DNA from: Salinispira sp.
GTDB lineage: Bacteria; Spirochaetota; Spirochaetia; DSM-27196; Salinispiraceae
Reading direction: 5' to 3'
NCBI GenBank assembly: GCA_965226555.1
Contig: CBDDDG010000014.1
Location: forward strand, 64,001-128,000
DNA: 64,000 nt
This document shows, in pieces, positions 22,047 to 31,848 of the stretch (position 1 is its first letter; every line of letters begins with the position of its first letter). Both the position numbers and the translations under genes were made by a program. The notes below the pieces were generated by a model. That model saw only the letters and a list, made by a program, of their open reading frames with translations, had not been told where the DNA came from and made no database searches.

Positions 22047-22115
22047 AAAGGTTTTATGGTAAGATAACTAGGGATGAAATTCGAGCATTTCAGAAAAACG
22101 GACAAGGATAATAGT
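22047..22115 (+). pseudogene. Deleted remnant of an Rpn subtype A 3' region
   Basis: Joins sequence matching 41161-41202 to 41465-41495 at GGATGAAA. Confidence 0.65.
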
Positions 22116-22116
22116 G

Positions 22117-22195
22117 CTGGCAAATATACCGGAATCAAAGGAGATATGTTTTTGAGTTCCGGCGTAACAGGTGATCTGATTCCCTCATGGTATTA
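22117..22195 (+). pseudogene. Isolated 3' tail of a fifth FN3-DUF285 lipoprotein allele
   Basis: AGKYTGIKGDMFLSSGVTGDLIPSWY*; differs from the 16915 gene tail. Confidence 0.8.
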
Positions 22196-22251
22196 GGAGT
22201 TTCATAGCCCGTAGGGGCCAGCCCTGCCCCCTACCTCAGGTGCAGAACAGG

Positions 22252-22429
22252 AGCGAAACAAACTGTTTTTTATGATGAAAATGCTATTGTATTTGATGAC
22301 CCCGAGCATTCTCATTCAGAAGACAGATTCATCATCGTTGGTTTTTGTACTCAGGGAAAACTACTTCTTGCATGTTTCTGTGAGAGAAGTGAGGATATCA
22401 TCAGAATAATTTCTACCAATCGCTTATGA
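22252..22429 (+). pseudogene. BrnT-family toxin relic (copy 2)
   Basis: Duplicate of 18459-18635. Confidence 0.7.
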
Positions 22430-22637
22430 GCCTCTATTTACGATCTTGCGCGATATCCAGAAAAAAATCCCTTATAAAAAGAATAAAAAGGCACTATGGG
22501 AAACCATACAAATCGGAATTTCGACATCCGTAACGCTGTCGGTCATAATGCGCCCAAGGCAAAACTTTAGTTCAGGCAAAACTTTATCAATGCAAAAGTT
22601 TCCAATATAATGAGGAATAAATATCCGCGGGTTAATA

Positions 22638-23342
22638 GTGAGGTTTGATGTTTTCATGAATAGAGTAATTTTCCGCCGCATAACAGCGCTCCCCCCTACG
22701 CCAACGCGTGCGCCAGCGCCCCCCCGAGCGCCAGCCCTTGCGCTTGTGCTTGTATGCAGTATTGCATTGTATTCCTGTCTTGCTCATCGCGCAAAACTTG
22801 AAGTACATACTGACGGCAGCGGCTTCATTATGCTGGAATATGATATTAACGATGATTTTCTCACCTTTGCCCAGTACGATGACATTGAAAGTCAGATAAG
22901 CCTTCCGGTAAATAAGCATGAATTCCGCCGTATTGCCGCGCTTACACCAGGGCTGGAGCTCATAAAATATGCATCGAAAAAAAACGAGAATATAACACAG
23001 ATATCAGCGACATTGAAATTCAATACTCCCGAAGTACTGCGTTCTCTTTACGGGGAAAAATATCAGTTCAGCGCGCGCCCTTGGCGGCTGACAATTCCCC
23101 TTGTGGAGGGGCTTGCGGATATGGAGGCGCAACGCATACAGGCTCTTAGCGAACTCAGTCCGGAGATCAGCCTGAGCTTTTCATTTTCCTTCAGCAATGC
23201 CGAAACGAAGTATGAATTTATCGGAACAGAGCCGCCTACAATTGATCGGACCCATGAAAACGGATTGGAACTTAATTTCTCATACTCGCTGCAGGATCTG
23301 TCTGGGTTTGACGGTCCGGTCTTCATTGTATTCCATATCTAG
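22638..23342 (+). CDS. Hypothetical lipoprotein
   Basis: Hydrophobic stretch ending LYSC. Confidence 0.65.
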   Translation: MRFDVFMNRVIFRRITALPPTPTRAPAPPRAPALALVLVCSIALYSCLAHRAKLEVHTDGSGFIMLEYDINDDFLTFAQYDDIESQISLPVNKHEFRRIAALTPGLELIKYASKKNENITQISATLKFNTPEVLRSLYGEKYQFSARPWRLTIPLVEGLADMEAQRIQALSELSPEISLSFSFSFSNAETKYEFIGTEPPTIDRTHENGLELNFSYSLQDLSGFDGPVFIVFHI

Positions 23343-23360
23343 CAGGGAGCGAGTGGACGT

Positions 23361-23759
23361 ATGGCGCATCCAAAAATAAAAAAATTTCAGAAAGGCCTGC
23401 ATGCGATGTTCGATGAGATAGATGATTATCTCGAAGACCGATACGGCAAACTCCTTATGCTGCATCCCAACCGGCCGCCCCGGGGAAGCACGGCCAGTAA
23501 GGCGCAGGATGGCCTCTTCGATATCGGCGCTCAGTTCAGCGCGGGCTACAACAGCACATTCGGACGCGGATATTCCATCGATCTGAAAATTGTAAGCCTT
23601 GAAAAAATCAGTGAAGACCTCTACCGGAAAATAATAGATGATCTCATTATCCGTATAAATGAGAAACTCAAAACCTATTTTCCCGAACGTACATTATGGG
23701 TGGAGGAAGATATCAGGAGTCTGAAAATTGTCGGTAATCTCTCTCTCGGAGATGTCTGA
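23361..23759 (+). CDS. Conserved hypothetical protein
   Basis: IDDYLEDRYG..LHPNRPPRG..DGLF..G..S.FGRGY pattern; plausible SD. Confidence 0.75.
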   Translation: MAHPKIKKFQKGLHAMFDEIDDYLEDRYGKLLMLHPNRPPRGSTASKAQDGLFDIGAQFSAGYNSTFGRGYSIDLKIVSLEKISEDLYRKIIDDLIIRINEKLKTYFPERTLWVEEDIRSLKIVGNLSLGDV

Positions 23760-23804
23760 CTATCCGTCCCCCTGACTGCCGCCTCGCTGGCACCACCGCA
23801 GCCC

Positions 23805-24935
23805 CTACCCAAGCTCTGTTTCAGGACCGCGAATTTTTTCCTGAATACCTATCTGTTTTTGCAGATCATCCGAAGTTTCACGGAGCTGTTGAAGCTGATC
23901 CTCAAGAGATGCTATTTGCCTGCGGATTGATTGTTCTTTCTGATAAATGCGTGTCTGCTTTTCTTTCAGGGTATGTATCTGCTGCGCCGCCTCAATTTTC
24001 TGAATGAGTTTCTCCAATGCGGCATTTTCTTCCAATATGGTTTTAATTCTGGTGAATGAGGCGCCGCATTGTTCAGGCGGGGCGGTTTTGAACTGCCGGA
24101 ACAGAATTTCTCCATTTTTTCTCAGTTTCATGCCCACTTCATTATCGCATTCAGAAATATGACGGCGCAGTTTTCTCGGGTACTGACCAGGATTCTGATC
24201 ACCCATAATTTCCCGGTACTTAGCCTGTATCTTTTGTAGTTCCTTGCGGTATTTTATAATTATCCGCTGAATTTCTGCTATTTTTTCGTTGTGCTTGTAT
24301 ATGGGAGAAAGAATTTCTTCTATTTTTTCATCCTCCCGAAATTCCGGGGTCTCGCTGACATCCTGTCCAATCTTCCTGAACATGTTAATAGTTTTCTGAT
24401 CCAGTTTTTTGTGCTTTCCCCGTAACATACGTTGACGCAGTATCTTCCTGAGTCCCCTTTTACCCGGGGAGGATATATCCATAGTACCTTCAAGGCGATG
24501 CTTCTCCTTGAATAGTTCGCCGAGGCGGGGGAGGAGGGCATTGTAATGAATGTATTGCTGAGGAATGCGGGAATATATATCGAATATCTGCGATCCGGCC
24601 TCTTCAAATAGTTTGGGCAAAGCAGATTCAAGCTGCTGTTGTTCGTTTTCCCGAAGATCAATGCTGTTTCCGAGTTCCTGCTGGTGCTTTTTGAACTGCT
24701 CTATATCCCTGACGATACGCAGAAAAGTATTCTTTTCTTTGAGAAGTTCATCGACGCGGTTCGTATTTTCATCATACTGTGAATTGTCGACTGTAGTGAG
24801 TTCCGAAGTGAGTTCCGAATGCTTCCTGCCTTTTTCAGCAATGTTCTGGTATTCCTGCTCAATGACCGAAAGATTACTTTCTATGGTATGTCGATGCTTT
24901 TTGATGATCTGATCATAATTCATATATACACTCAA
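23805..24935 (-). CDS. Coiled-coil hypothetical protein
   Basis: E/Q/K-rich heptads; overlaps the upstream ATPase stop. Confidence 0.7.
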   Translation of the reverse strand: MSVYMNYDQIIKKHRHTIESNLSVIEQEYQNIAEKGRKHSELTSELTTVDNSQYDENTNRVDELLKEKNTFLRIVRDIEQFKKHQQELGNSIDLRENEQQQLESALPKLFEEAGSQIFDIYSRIPQQYIHYNALLPRLGELFKEKHRLEGTMDISSPGKRGLRKILRQRMLRGKHKKLDQKTINMFRKIGQDVSETPEFREDEKIEEILSPIYKHNEKIAEIQRIIIKYRKELQKIQAKYREIMGDQNPGQYPRKLRRHISECDNEVGMKLRKNGEILFRQFKTAPPEQCGASFTRIKTILEENAALEKLIQKIEAAQQIHTLKEKQTRIYQKEQSIRRQIASLEDQLQQLRETSDDLQKQIGIQEKIRGPETELG

Positions 24936-25663
24936 TATTTGAGGACTTTTTCGAGAAACTGCTGTACCGATTTTTTTCTGGCATGCTCGAATACTCCCTC
25001 CGGCGGGCTGGACTCGGAAATTTCTCCATCGACCATGAACACAATATGATCGGCAACATGCCGGGCAAAGCCCATTGCATGAGTAACCATAATCAATTCC
25101 ATTCCTTCTTCACAGAGTTCTTCAACAAGATCAAGAACCTCAGCAGTGAATTCAGGATCTAGGGCGCTTGTCGGTTCATCGAGCATGAGTATTTCAGGTT
25201 CAATTGCTACTGCCCTGCTTATGGCAATACGCTGCTTCTGCCCCCCCGAGAGTTGTGAAGGTTTCTTATGCGAATGTTCCTCAAGCTGAAAGCGCTTGAG
25301 AAGAGTTATTGCCCGGTCTTCGGCTTCTTCAGTGGTGAAATTATGAACCTTTGTCAGGGGCAGGGTAATGTTTTGTAATGCGGTCAAATGAGGAAAGAGA
25401 TTATATGCCTGAAAAACCATTCCAATTGCGCTGCGGTATGTGCGCAGATACTCTTCCCTGTATTGTATTTCATGCTGATTAATTTTGATGGTTCCGTGTG
25501 TGGGGATCTCAAGACCCGCAAGAATGCGGAGAAGGGTGGTCTTTCCTCCTCCTGAGGGGCCGATAATAACGAGGCTGTGAATATCCTTCAGATCAAGGTG
25601 GATATTGCTTAGCACCTGATGATCGCCGTATGTTTTTGTTAGGTTGTGCAAATGCAGTTCCAT
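24932..25663 (-). CDS. Polar amino acid ABC transporter ATPase (GlnQ-like)
   Basis: GPSGGGKTT, VFQAYNLFPHLT, LSGGQKQR, DEPTSALDPE. Confidence 0.95.
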   Translation of the reverse strand: MELHLHNLTKTYGDHQVLSNIHLDLKDIHSLVIIGPSGGGKTTLLRILAGLEIPTHGTIKINQHEIQYREEYLRTYRSAIGMVFQAYNLFPHLTALQNITLPLTKVHNFTTEEAEDRAITLLKRFQLEEHSHKKPSQLSGGQKQRIAISRAVAIEPEILMLDEPTSALDPEFTAEVLDLVEELCEEGMELIMVTHAMGFARHVADHIVFMVDGEISESSPPEGVFEHARKKSVQQFLEKVLKY

Positions 25664-25750
25664 GCCGCATCCTCCATTACCGCGAAGTATTATCAGAAAG
25701 CATATCAGTAAAATGCCTGCGCGCCAACCGCTCCATTGGCAACATCAATT

Positions 25751-27151
25751 TCATTGTTCTATTATATTAGAAGTATTGCGCTGTTGACAATACTTTCCAT
25801 AGAGGTTTCGCGCCTGTTCAAGGAGAAGAGGTTTTGTGTTGATATTCGGATGTTCCAGCGTTACTGCGAGCAATTGTGTGAGAATTGTTTTCATTGCGCT
25901 GCTCCGCGGAATGCCGGCTAAGGTATGAAGATCGTTTCCGTTCACTGCCAGATCGCTAATGCTCAGCGCGGTTTCATTGGCAAGCATGCGCTGTACCTGC
26001 GCTTTTACATTGTTGAGCCAGTCAGGGAAGGTTGTCAGATATGCCCCCTCTAAGCGGATTCGGTCGTCTGCCAGATCCCTGCCGACAGCGCTTATGAAGC
26101 GCCGAATGTCCGCAGCGGACATGTCGGGACGCGGGGAGGGCGCCTGAATGAGCCGGTACACCCGCTGTATCTGGGCGCGGGAGTAGCGGAGCCTTCGGCA
26201 AATGTCCCGTGCCAGCTCAGCCGATTCATGCCCGCCCGCTGCGCTCCCCGTGCCGCCCGCTGCGCTCCCCGTGCCGCCCGCTGCGTTCCCCGTGCCGCCC
26301 GCTGCGTTCCCCGCGCGCCGATGCTCTCCCGCCGGCGCAATTTTATGAAGGAGGGCAGCAAGCCGGAGTTCAAGATTCTGCGGACTGCAATCGCAGCTTG
26401 CAAGCAGGTGCGCAAAAAGCGATTTTCCACTGTCATGCCGCATAATTTTCCGTGTTCTCTCGAGCTGGGGAATAATGAACGGAAGAATTCCCTTATCTGC
26501 TGCGATGAGCAGATTCCGGCTGGGGCATGAAGAACAGAGTATTTTATTGAATTCGTTGCGAATACGTTCTATTGACACCCGTTCAAGATTTTTCCTGCAT
26601 ATATGCATGGCTTCAAGGGTATCTTTATGAATAGTGAAATTAAGTACGGCAGCAAAACGAAGTCCGCGGATAATCCTCAGCCCGTCCTCATGAAATCGCT
26701 CCACCGGATTCCCGACCGTTCTCACAATTTTACGGTGAACATCGCATCTTCCCTCGTGCGGATCGAGCAGCCGCTCCGAGCGCGGCCCCCAGGCCATAGC
26801 ATTAATGGTAAAATCACGCCGCCTGAGATCATCAAAAATACTCACCCCATATTCAACACTGTCGGGATGCCGAGAATTACCGTATGTGCCGTCTATTCTG
26901 AATGTTGTTATTTCATAGGTATTTTTTCTGAATCGTATCGTAACCGTTCCATGCCGTATTCCGGTGGGAATAACATAACGAAAGAGTGAGATAATATCAT
27001 CCGGCCGCGCGTCAGTAGCAAGATCCCAGTCGATGGGAGGCTTTCCAAGAATCATATTTCTTACTGCTCCGCCGACAATGTACAGGCAGAAACCAGCTTC
27101 ATGAAGTGTTTTGTCTATTATATATATGTCTCTCGGAATGTGATCCTTCAT
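25751..27151 (-). CDS. cca: tRNA nucleotidyltransferase (CCA-adding/poly(A) polymerase family)
   Basis: VGGAVR, DWDLAT, DLRRRDFTINAMA, EDGLRIIR, ERIRNEF. Confidence 0.9.
   Translation of the reverse strand: MKDHIPRDIYIIDKTLHEAGFCLYIVGGAVRNMILGKPPIDWDLATDARPDDIISLFRYVIPTGIRHGTVTIRFRKNTYEITTFRIDGTYGNSRHPDSVEYGVSIFDDLRRRDFTINAMAWGPRSERLLDPHEGRCDVHRKIVRTVGNPVERFHEDGLRIIRGLRFAAVLNFTIHKDTLEAMHICRKNLERVSIERIRNEFNKILCSSCPSRNLLIAADKGILPFIIPQLERTRKIMRHDSGKSLFAHLLASCDCSPQNLELRLAALLHKIAPAGEHRRAGNAAGGTGNAAGGTGSAAGGTGSAAGGHESAELARDICRRLRYSRAQIQRVYRLIQAPSPRPDMSAADIRRFISAVGRDLADDRIRLEGAYLTTFPDWLNNVKAQVQRMLANETALSISDLAVNGNDLHTLAGIPRSSAMKTILTQLLAVTLEHPNINTKPLLLEQARNLYGKYCQQRNTSNIIEQ
26231..26315. repeat. 21-bp tandem repeat x4, in frame in cca (G[N/S]AAGGT)
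   Basis: GCCCGCTGCG(C/T)TCCCCGTGCC units. Confidence 0.9.
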
Positions 27152-27165
27152 ACTGTCAATATACT

Positions 27166-27200
27166 AAAAAAAGCTGGTTCCATACAGAATGAAACCAGCC
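27166..27200 (-). terminator. Intrinsic terminator downstream of flaB
   Basis: Minus strand GGCTGGTTTCAT-tctgt-ATGGAACCAGCT followed by a T run. Confidence 0.8.
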
Positions 27201-27252
27201 TCTGAGTGCCTCAAGCGTCCGCTGCATATGATCTTTGAGCGCCGCTATATAA

Positions 27253-28125
27253 TTACTGAAGGAGCTGAAGAATACTCTGATTTTTCTGATTCGCCTGAGC
27301 AAGCATGGCAAGGCTGCTCTGTGAAAGAATCTGATTCTTCACAAACTCAACAGTTTCCATGGCCATGTCCACATCGCGAATGCGGCTTTCAGCCGACTGC
27401 AAATTTTCTGCCCCAATAGTAATTCCCTTACGCGCAAGTTCAAGACGTGTTTGGTAGGCTCCAAGATCTGCCCGCTGCTTGCTTACCATTTCCATAGCAG
27501 TATCCACGGCTCCAATGACAACATTGGAAAGTTCAGGGGTCGATACGCTTATAAAACTCGCTGAATGGGGAAACCCAGACTTACTCTGAAGCCCAAGCGA
27601 CTGAGCAGTCATGGTACCAATAAATATCCGTTCCCGTTGGTCCATGTTTGCGCCGATATGAAACCACATACTTGCTGTTACTGCGTTCACTCCCGTTTCC
27701 CGGGCAAAACGTCCGGTAAGTAAGTTCATACCGTTAAACTGAGCATGACTTGAAACCCTATTAATTTCGTCAACAAGCTGACTTATTTCAACTTGAATAT
27801 ATGTTCTGTCTTCATTGGTATAGATACCATTTGAAGATTGAATAGCCAGTTCGCGAATTCTGTGAAGAATTTCCTGTGTTTCAGAGAGGTATCCCTCTGT
27901 AGTCTGAATAAGCGAAATACCGTCAGCAGCATTGCGGTCTGCCTGATTAAGGCCGCGGATCTGACTGCGCATTTTTTCCGAAACGGCAAGTCCAGAGGCG
28001 TCATCGCCTGCGCGGTTAATACGAAGTCCAGAAGACAATTTTTCAATATTTCTGTCCAAATCAATATTATTGAACTTGTTCTGGCGGTTGGCAAACATTG
28101 CAATCAGGTTGTGATTAATAATCAT
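27253..28125 (-). CDS. flaB: Periplasmic flagellar core protein FlaB
   Basis: [55 protein letters not shown]. Confidence 0.96.
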   Translation of the reverse strand: MIINHNLIAMFANRQNKFNNIDLDRNIEKLSSGLRINRAGDDASGLAVSEKMRSQIRGLNQADRNAADGISLIQTTEGYLSETQEILHRIRELAIQSSNGIYTNEDRTYIQVEISQLVDEINRVSSHAQFNGMNLLTGRFARETGVNAVTASMWFHIGANMDQRERIFIGTMTAQSLGLQSKSGFPHSASFISVSTPELSNVVIGAVDTAMEMVSKQRADLGAYQTRLELARKGITIGAENLQSAESRIRDVDMAMETVEFVKNQILSQSSLAMLAQANQKNQSILQLLQ

Positions 28126-28161
28126 ACAATCCTCCATGATTGTTCCTCTTGCGAGGAGGTG

Positions 28162-28198
28162 TCCGACATCCTTGTCGGAGATTAGGAATGCTTTTATA
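28162..28198 (-). promoter_or_regulatory. flaB leader: AGGA-loop hairpin (CsrA-type) overlapping a possible sigma28 promoter
   Basis: Minus strand TCCGACA-AGGA-TGTCGGA; TATA-N15-TCCGACAA. Confidence 0.45.
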
Positions 28199-28286
28199 TC
28201 CTTAGCATTCTCCCATTTGTAGAAGGTTTTGCATTTTGCAAAACATTCTATGTTGATATTCGGAGAAAAAATAGTGTACTTTAGGA

Positions 28287-28357
28287 GAAACTTTTGCATT
28301 GATAAAGTTTTGCCTTGGAAAATTGTGCAAGCACAATTTTCAGTAGCAAAACTTTGT
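28287..28357. repeat. AT-rich palindromic element(s)
   Basis: AAAGTTTTGCCTTGGAAAATTGTGCAAGCACAATTTTCAGTAGCAAAACTTT; short copy also at 28222-28250. Confidence 0.85.
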
Positions 28358-28392
28358 TATAGATATAGGTACAGTAGCAGGGAAGGATAATA

Positions 28393-30102
28393 ATGCCGAA
28401 AACTACGCATGATTTAGCAAAGACTCTCTCCGAGCAGGAACGGCTCCAACTCCTTAAAAAACTAACAGATAATCTTGCCCTTTCTGAAACACATGAGAAT
28501 GTGCCAGTTCAGACAAAGCCCTCATTAACAAAAAGGCAGCAGGATATCCATTCAGGCATGGAGGGTATGAACCTTTGGGAAAAAATTAAACTTCTTCTGC
28601 GGACAGTATTTTCTTCAAAGGTTGAAGAAGACGTTTTCATAGATATGCAGCTGAAAAAAATCTACCGGCACATTCAGGATCAGGATATTGAATGTGTTCG
28701 CGGAACCTTACTCACGACCGATTTTGTGCGCCTGTACGTACGATTTTACAAGATCCTTAAACCCTTTCTGAGTTTGTATGCCCAATTGTGGCAGGAGTCG
28801 GCACTTCTGATCAATATGGTTAATTTTATCCTTGAAAAAAAAATTCCTCAGACAAAGCAGACCCTCTCCGACTTTACCCCCATAGAAGAATTGCAGAAAT
28901 ATTTTACGAAACACGAAAATAAACAGGTAATGAAGACCCGTGTTGTCGAAAAAATTAACCATTACTTTGCGCGCATTCCCACGGAAATATTTCAGGAAAT
29001 TGGAGAGAGTATTCTTACACTCTATCATTATAAAAATCTGGCATTGTTCAACTTTACGAGATTCATAACCGCGTTTAAAGGAGAATCTCCCGAAGGGAAT
29101 GTTGTCTTTTTGCAGGTTGATCTGAATTATATTCTTAACGAGCTTGAGGAACTATACTTTGCGCTCAATAATGTACAGGAAATTCGATTGAGCGGAACAA
29201 TTCATAAAGAAATTTTCGATTATATAACACTCATTCAGGAAGATATGGTACAGACAGGAGAAATTGAGCATAGCCCCCAACATATACTCAGAGAAGTGGG
29301 AGAAGCAGTTAAAGATTTTCTGGACAGATCGCAGATTCTTAACATTATTAAAATTGCAAAAAATGACCCCTATTATGAAATTGCCTCATTTCACTGTACT
29401 CTGGATATCAGAAATTTCTACAATACCTCACTGCAGCTGAAAATTATGGATGAACTTGAAGCGAGCTTCGTTCAGATCAGAAGGAATTTTATCGCCAATC
29501 AAAAAGATAAAATATTCAGGGAACCGATGAACAATTTTGAAAATTACCGCCGCGGCCTCAGCGACAGTAATACGAAAATGCAGAGTTTTCATTACGTAAA
29601 CAGTCTCCAGTTTCTCTATCATTTTCTGAAGTACCGTTTTGAAAAAGATTTTATCTTTACCCTGAAAATAATATCCCGTTTTCTCATGACCCACGATCGT
29701 GAGAGACATTCAGATTTTGCTGTGAGTGTTTCCGTCCTTGAAAATCTTGCGGATAAGATCAGATATTTTGATCAGAACCTTGCTCCGCTTGCCGATGAGG
29801 GCAAAAAATTTCACATGCTGCGGGCACAGGCAAGAGATGATGCCTCCCGTGTGGAATTTTTTAATGAGTACATACAGCAAAAAAATGCTGAGGTTACTGA
29901 ATATCTCAACCAGGGAGATGTTCTGTTTACTACCCTGAACCATCATCTCAGCCGTTTACGGGGAATAGATTCTTCAGATATATATAATACCCTGTCGCTG
30001 GAAATAGAAAATAACCGGAAGATGATCAACAGAATGCTGGAAGAAATTAAAATTATGCAGAAAATATTATTTTATGAACGGCAGCTTGAAGATGAAAGGT
30101 AA
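28393..30102 (+). CDS. Spirochaete conserved protein (possibly DUF5312-like)
   Basis: 569-aa helical ORF; LS.QER..LL.K N-terminus. Confidence 0.65.
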   Translation: MPKTTHDLAKTLSEQERLQLLKKLTDNLALSETHENVPVQTKPSLTKRQQDIHSGMEGMNLWEKIKLLLRTVFSSKVEEDVFIDMQLKKIYRHIQDQDIECVRGTLLTTDFVRLYVRFYKILKPFLSLYAQLWQESALLINMVNFILEKKIPQTKQTLSDFTPIEELQKYFTKHENKQVMKTRVVEKINHYFARIPTEIFQEIGESILTLYHYKNLALFNFTRFITAFKGESPEGNVVFLQVDLNYILNELEELYFALNNVQEIRLSGTIHKEIFDYITLIQEDMVQTGEIEHSPQHILREVGEAVKDFLDRSQILNIIKIAKNDPYYEIASFHCTLDIRNFYNTSLQLKIMDELEASFVQIRRNFIANQKDKIFREPMNNFENYRRGLSDSNTKMQSFHYVNSLQFLYHFLKYRFEKDFIFTLKIISRFLMTHDRERHSDFAVSVSVLENLADKIRYFDQNLAPLADEGKKFHMLRAQARDDASRVEFFNEYIQQKNAEVTEYLNQGDVLFTTLNHHLSRLRGIDSSDIYNTLSLEIENNRKMINRMLEEIKIMQKILFYERQLEDER

Positions 30103-30152
30103 TGTGCCGTTCTCAAAACCCGAAACCCCTGCTGAGCGGTACGCACAAAATT

Positions 30153-30986
30153 TTATTGGTTTTTCTCCAGAGGTTCTGTTAATGCGTTCCGGATCAGCGC
30201 AGAAACATCGAGAACATCGTTTCCGGTTTCTGTTGCCGCCTTCAGATATTCCAGCAGACCCGGATAGGAGTTAAGAATATCTGCAATTTCTTTCAAACTT
30301 TCCACCTTACTCTGGGTGCGGATACTGCTTTCTACTTCGAGTACAGCATAGTATTCTTCCTTCGCTGTCCGGTACAGCTCAAGATCCGGCAGGGTAAACC
30401 TCGTCAGGTTCAGGGAAAGAATTTCTATGTGTTGAGGTATGCCCTCACGGATGATCCTGTCCAGCTCCGACTGAAAAACGGTAATGACGGAAGTATCATC
30501 ATTTTCAGCCTGAATGCGGTTAATAATGTCCGGTATATGCTGGTTCATCAATAATTGAATATCGGGAGCGAGGCTTTCAAGATATTCCTCGTGGGTATCG
30601 GGACGAAGGCCCTCGTTTTCAGCAAGTTCAGGGAGTTTTTCAGGAACAATATGGTACTCAATCTCACCCTCAACAGCATAGGTAAAATCTGGTGAGGAAG
30701 GAATGTAGTTTCTGTAGGTTTCTCCGCTCGGGAGGGTTTCGGAAAATACTATGCCGATGGTTTTGCGGATGTCTGAAAAATGATACCGCTGCTGGACAGT
30801 CGGAAAAACTGCCTCCCATTGCCAGACAAACTCGCCGGAGCGAATTACTTCACGTTGCCAGCCGCTGGTTTTCGTATGGATAACAACGATATCCCCGGGC
30901 TTAACGTATAATTGGGTCCAGCCGAGAAAAAAGATAATTCCGCCAGCTATGAGGAGTAAAATTATTGATACAATAAAACCTTTCAT
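30153..30986 (-). CDS. Membrane-anchored hypothetical protein (SPFH-like)
   Basis: N-terminal TM, GWTQ..V.PG...VIHTKTSG. Confidence 0.65.
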   Translation of the reverse strand: MKGFIVSIILLLIAGGIIFFLGWTQLYVKPGDIVVIHTKTSGWQREVIRSGEFVWQWEAVFPTVQQRYHFSDIRKTIGIVFSETLPSGETYRNYIPSSPDFTYAVEGEIEYHIVPEKLPELAENEGLRPDTHEEYLESLAPDIQLLMNQHIPDIINRIQAENDDTSVITVFQSELDRIIREGIPQHIEILSLNLTRFTLPDLELYRTAKEEYYAVLEVESSIRTQSKVESLKEIADILNSYPGLLEYLKAATETGNDVLDVSALIRNALTEPLEKNQ

Positions 30987-31037
30987 TTCTTACATTAAAG
31001 CACATATATGGTATTATATGCAATGAAAACAATACGA

Positions 31038-31092
31038 GAAGCTTTTGCATTGGAAAATTGTGCAAGCACAATTTCCATGAGCAAAACTTTGT
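31038..31092. repeat. AT-rich palindromic element
   Basis: GCTTTTGCATTGGAAAATTGTGCAAGCACAATTTCCATGAGCAAAACTTT. Confidence 0.85.
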
Positions 31093-31120
31093 AGGTGTGA
31101 ATAAAATTATTCAAAGAGTC

Positions 31121-31456
31121 ATGAATCACTTTCTTATGCGCGCTCTTCATTTTCTTGAGAAAATGAGCTTCTATTTTTTCTGCGCCTCCCTTGCTATTTT
31201 CCTCCTCTATGTTCTGGGAAATTTTCAGATCTTTCTGGAAGACACCCAACTATTACTCCTTTCAATGGTTCAGATAATGAGTATTGTTGGTATCGATATT
31301 ATTGTGTATTACATACTCTTTCTTTTTTATTGGAGCTATACAAGAAAAAAAATACTCGTTAGGCATTTCCTGTATGGTTTTTGCATTCTTCTGGGAGATA
31401 TTTTCCTGGCAGTCATATCCTTACTCGTTCAGGAATTCACACAGGGGATCGCATGA
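31121..31456 (+). CDS. Hypothetical membrane protein
   Basis: Three hydrophobic segments; GNFQ.FL..TQ motif; coupled to the next gene. Confidence 0.7.
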   Translation: MNHFLMRALHFLEKMSFYFFCASLAIFLLYVLGNFQIFLEDTQLLLLSMVQIMSIVGIDIIVYYILFLFYWSYTRKKILVRHFLYGFCILLGDIFLAVISLLVQEFTQGIA

Positions 31457-31848
31457 AAAAATATGAGCAGGCGCTTCGTGTGTGGAGTGTGCGGGGAGCG
31501 GTAAATCTCGATGCGGCCGATAAGCGGCAGATGATATCCCGCATTACGGAACTGCTGTCAGAAATCATCGGCAGAAACGGCATTGAGAATAGCGCCATCA
31601 TCAATATCCAGTTTACTCAGACCGAAGACATAGACTTTTGCAATGCGGCATATGCGGCGCGTGCGGGCGGAATGAGAGACATCGCCTCCGCCGTCCCGCT
31701 CTTTTGCAGCCTCGAACCCACATATCCACAGAGCCTGAGCCTGACAATCCGCATTATGCTCAGTTATTACCACAGTCATGATCACTGTCCTGAACCGGTA
31801 TACCTATACGAAACAAAAAACATGCGCAAGGATCTCCTGAATGACTGA
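31453..31848 (+). CDS. aroH: Chorismate mutase, AroH class
   Basis: SVRGA, ELL.EI..RN.I, FTQTEDI, VPLFCSLE, IRIML, VYL....MRKDL. Confidence 0.85.
   Translation: MKKYEQALRVWSVRGAVNLDAADKRQMISRITELLSEIIGRNGIENSAIINIQFTQTEDIDFCNAAYAARAGGMRDIASAVPLFCSLEPTYPQSLSLTIRIMLSYYHSHDHCPEPVYLYETKNMRKDLLND

Noticed and set aside
18322..22195. Diversity-generating retroelement TR/VR pair at the lipoprotein tails
   Set aside because: No reverse transcriptase in the window, and differences include non-adenine sites (GGG to TTG, C to A)
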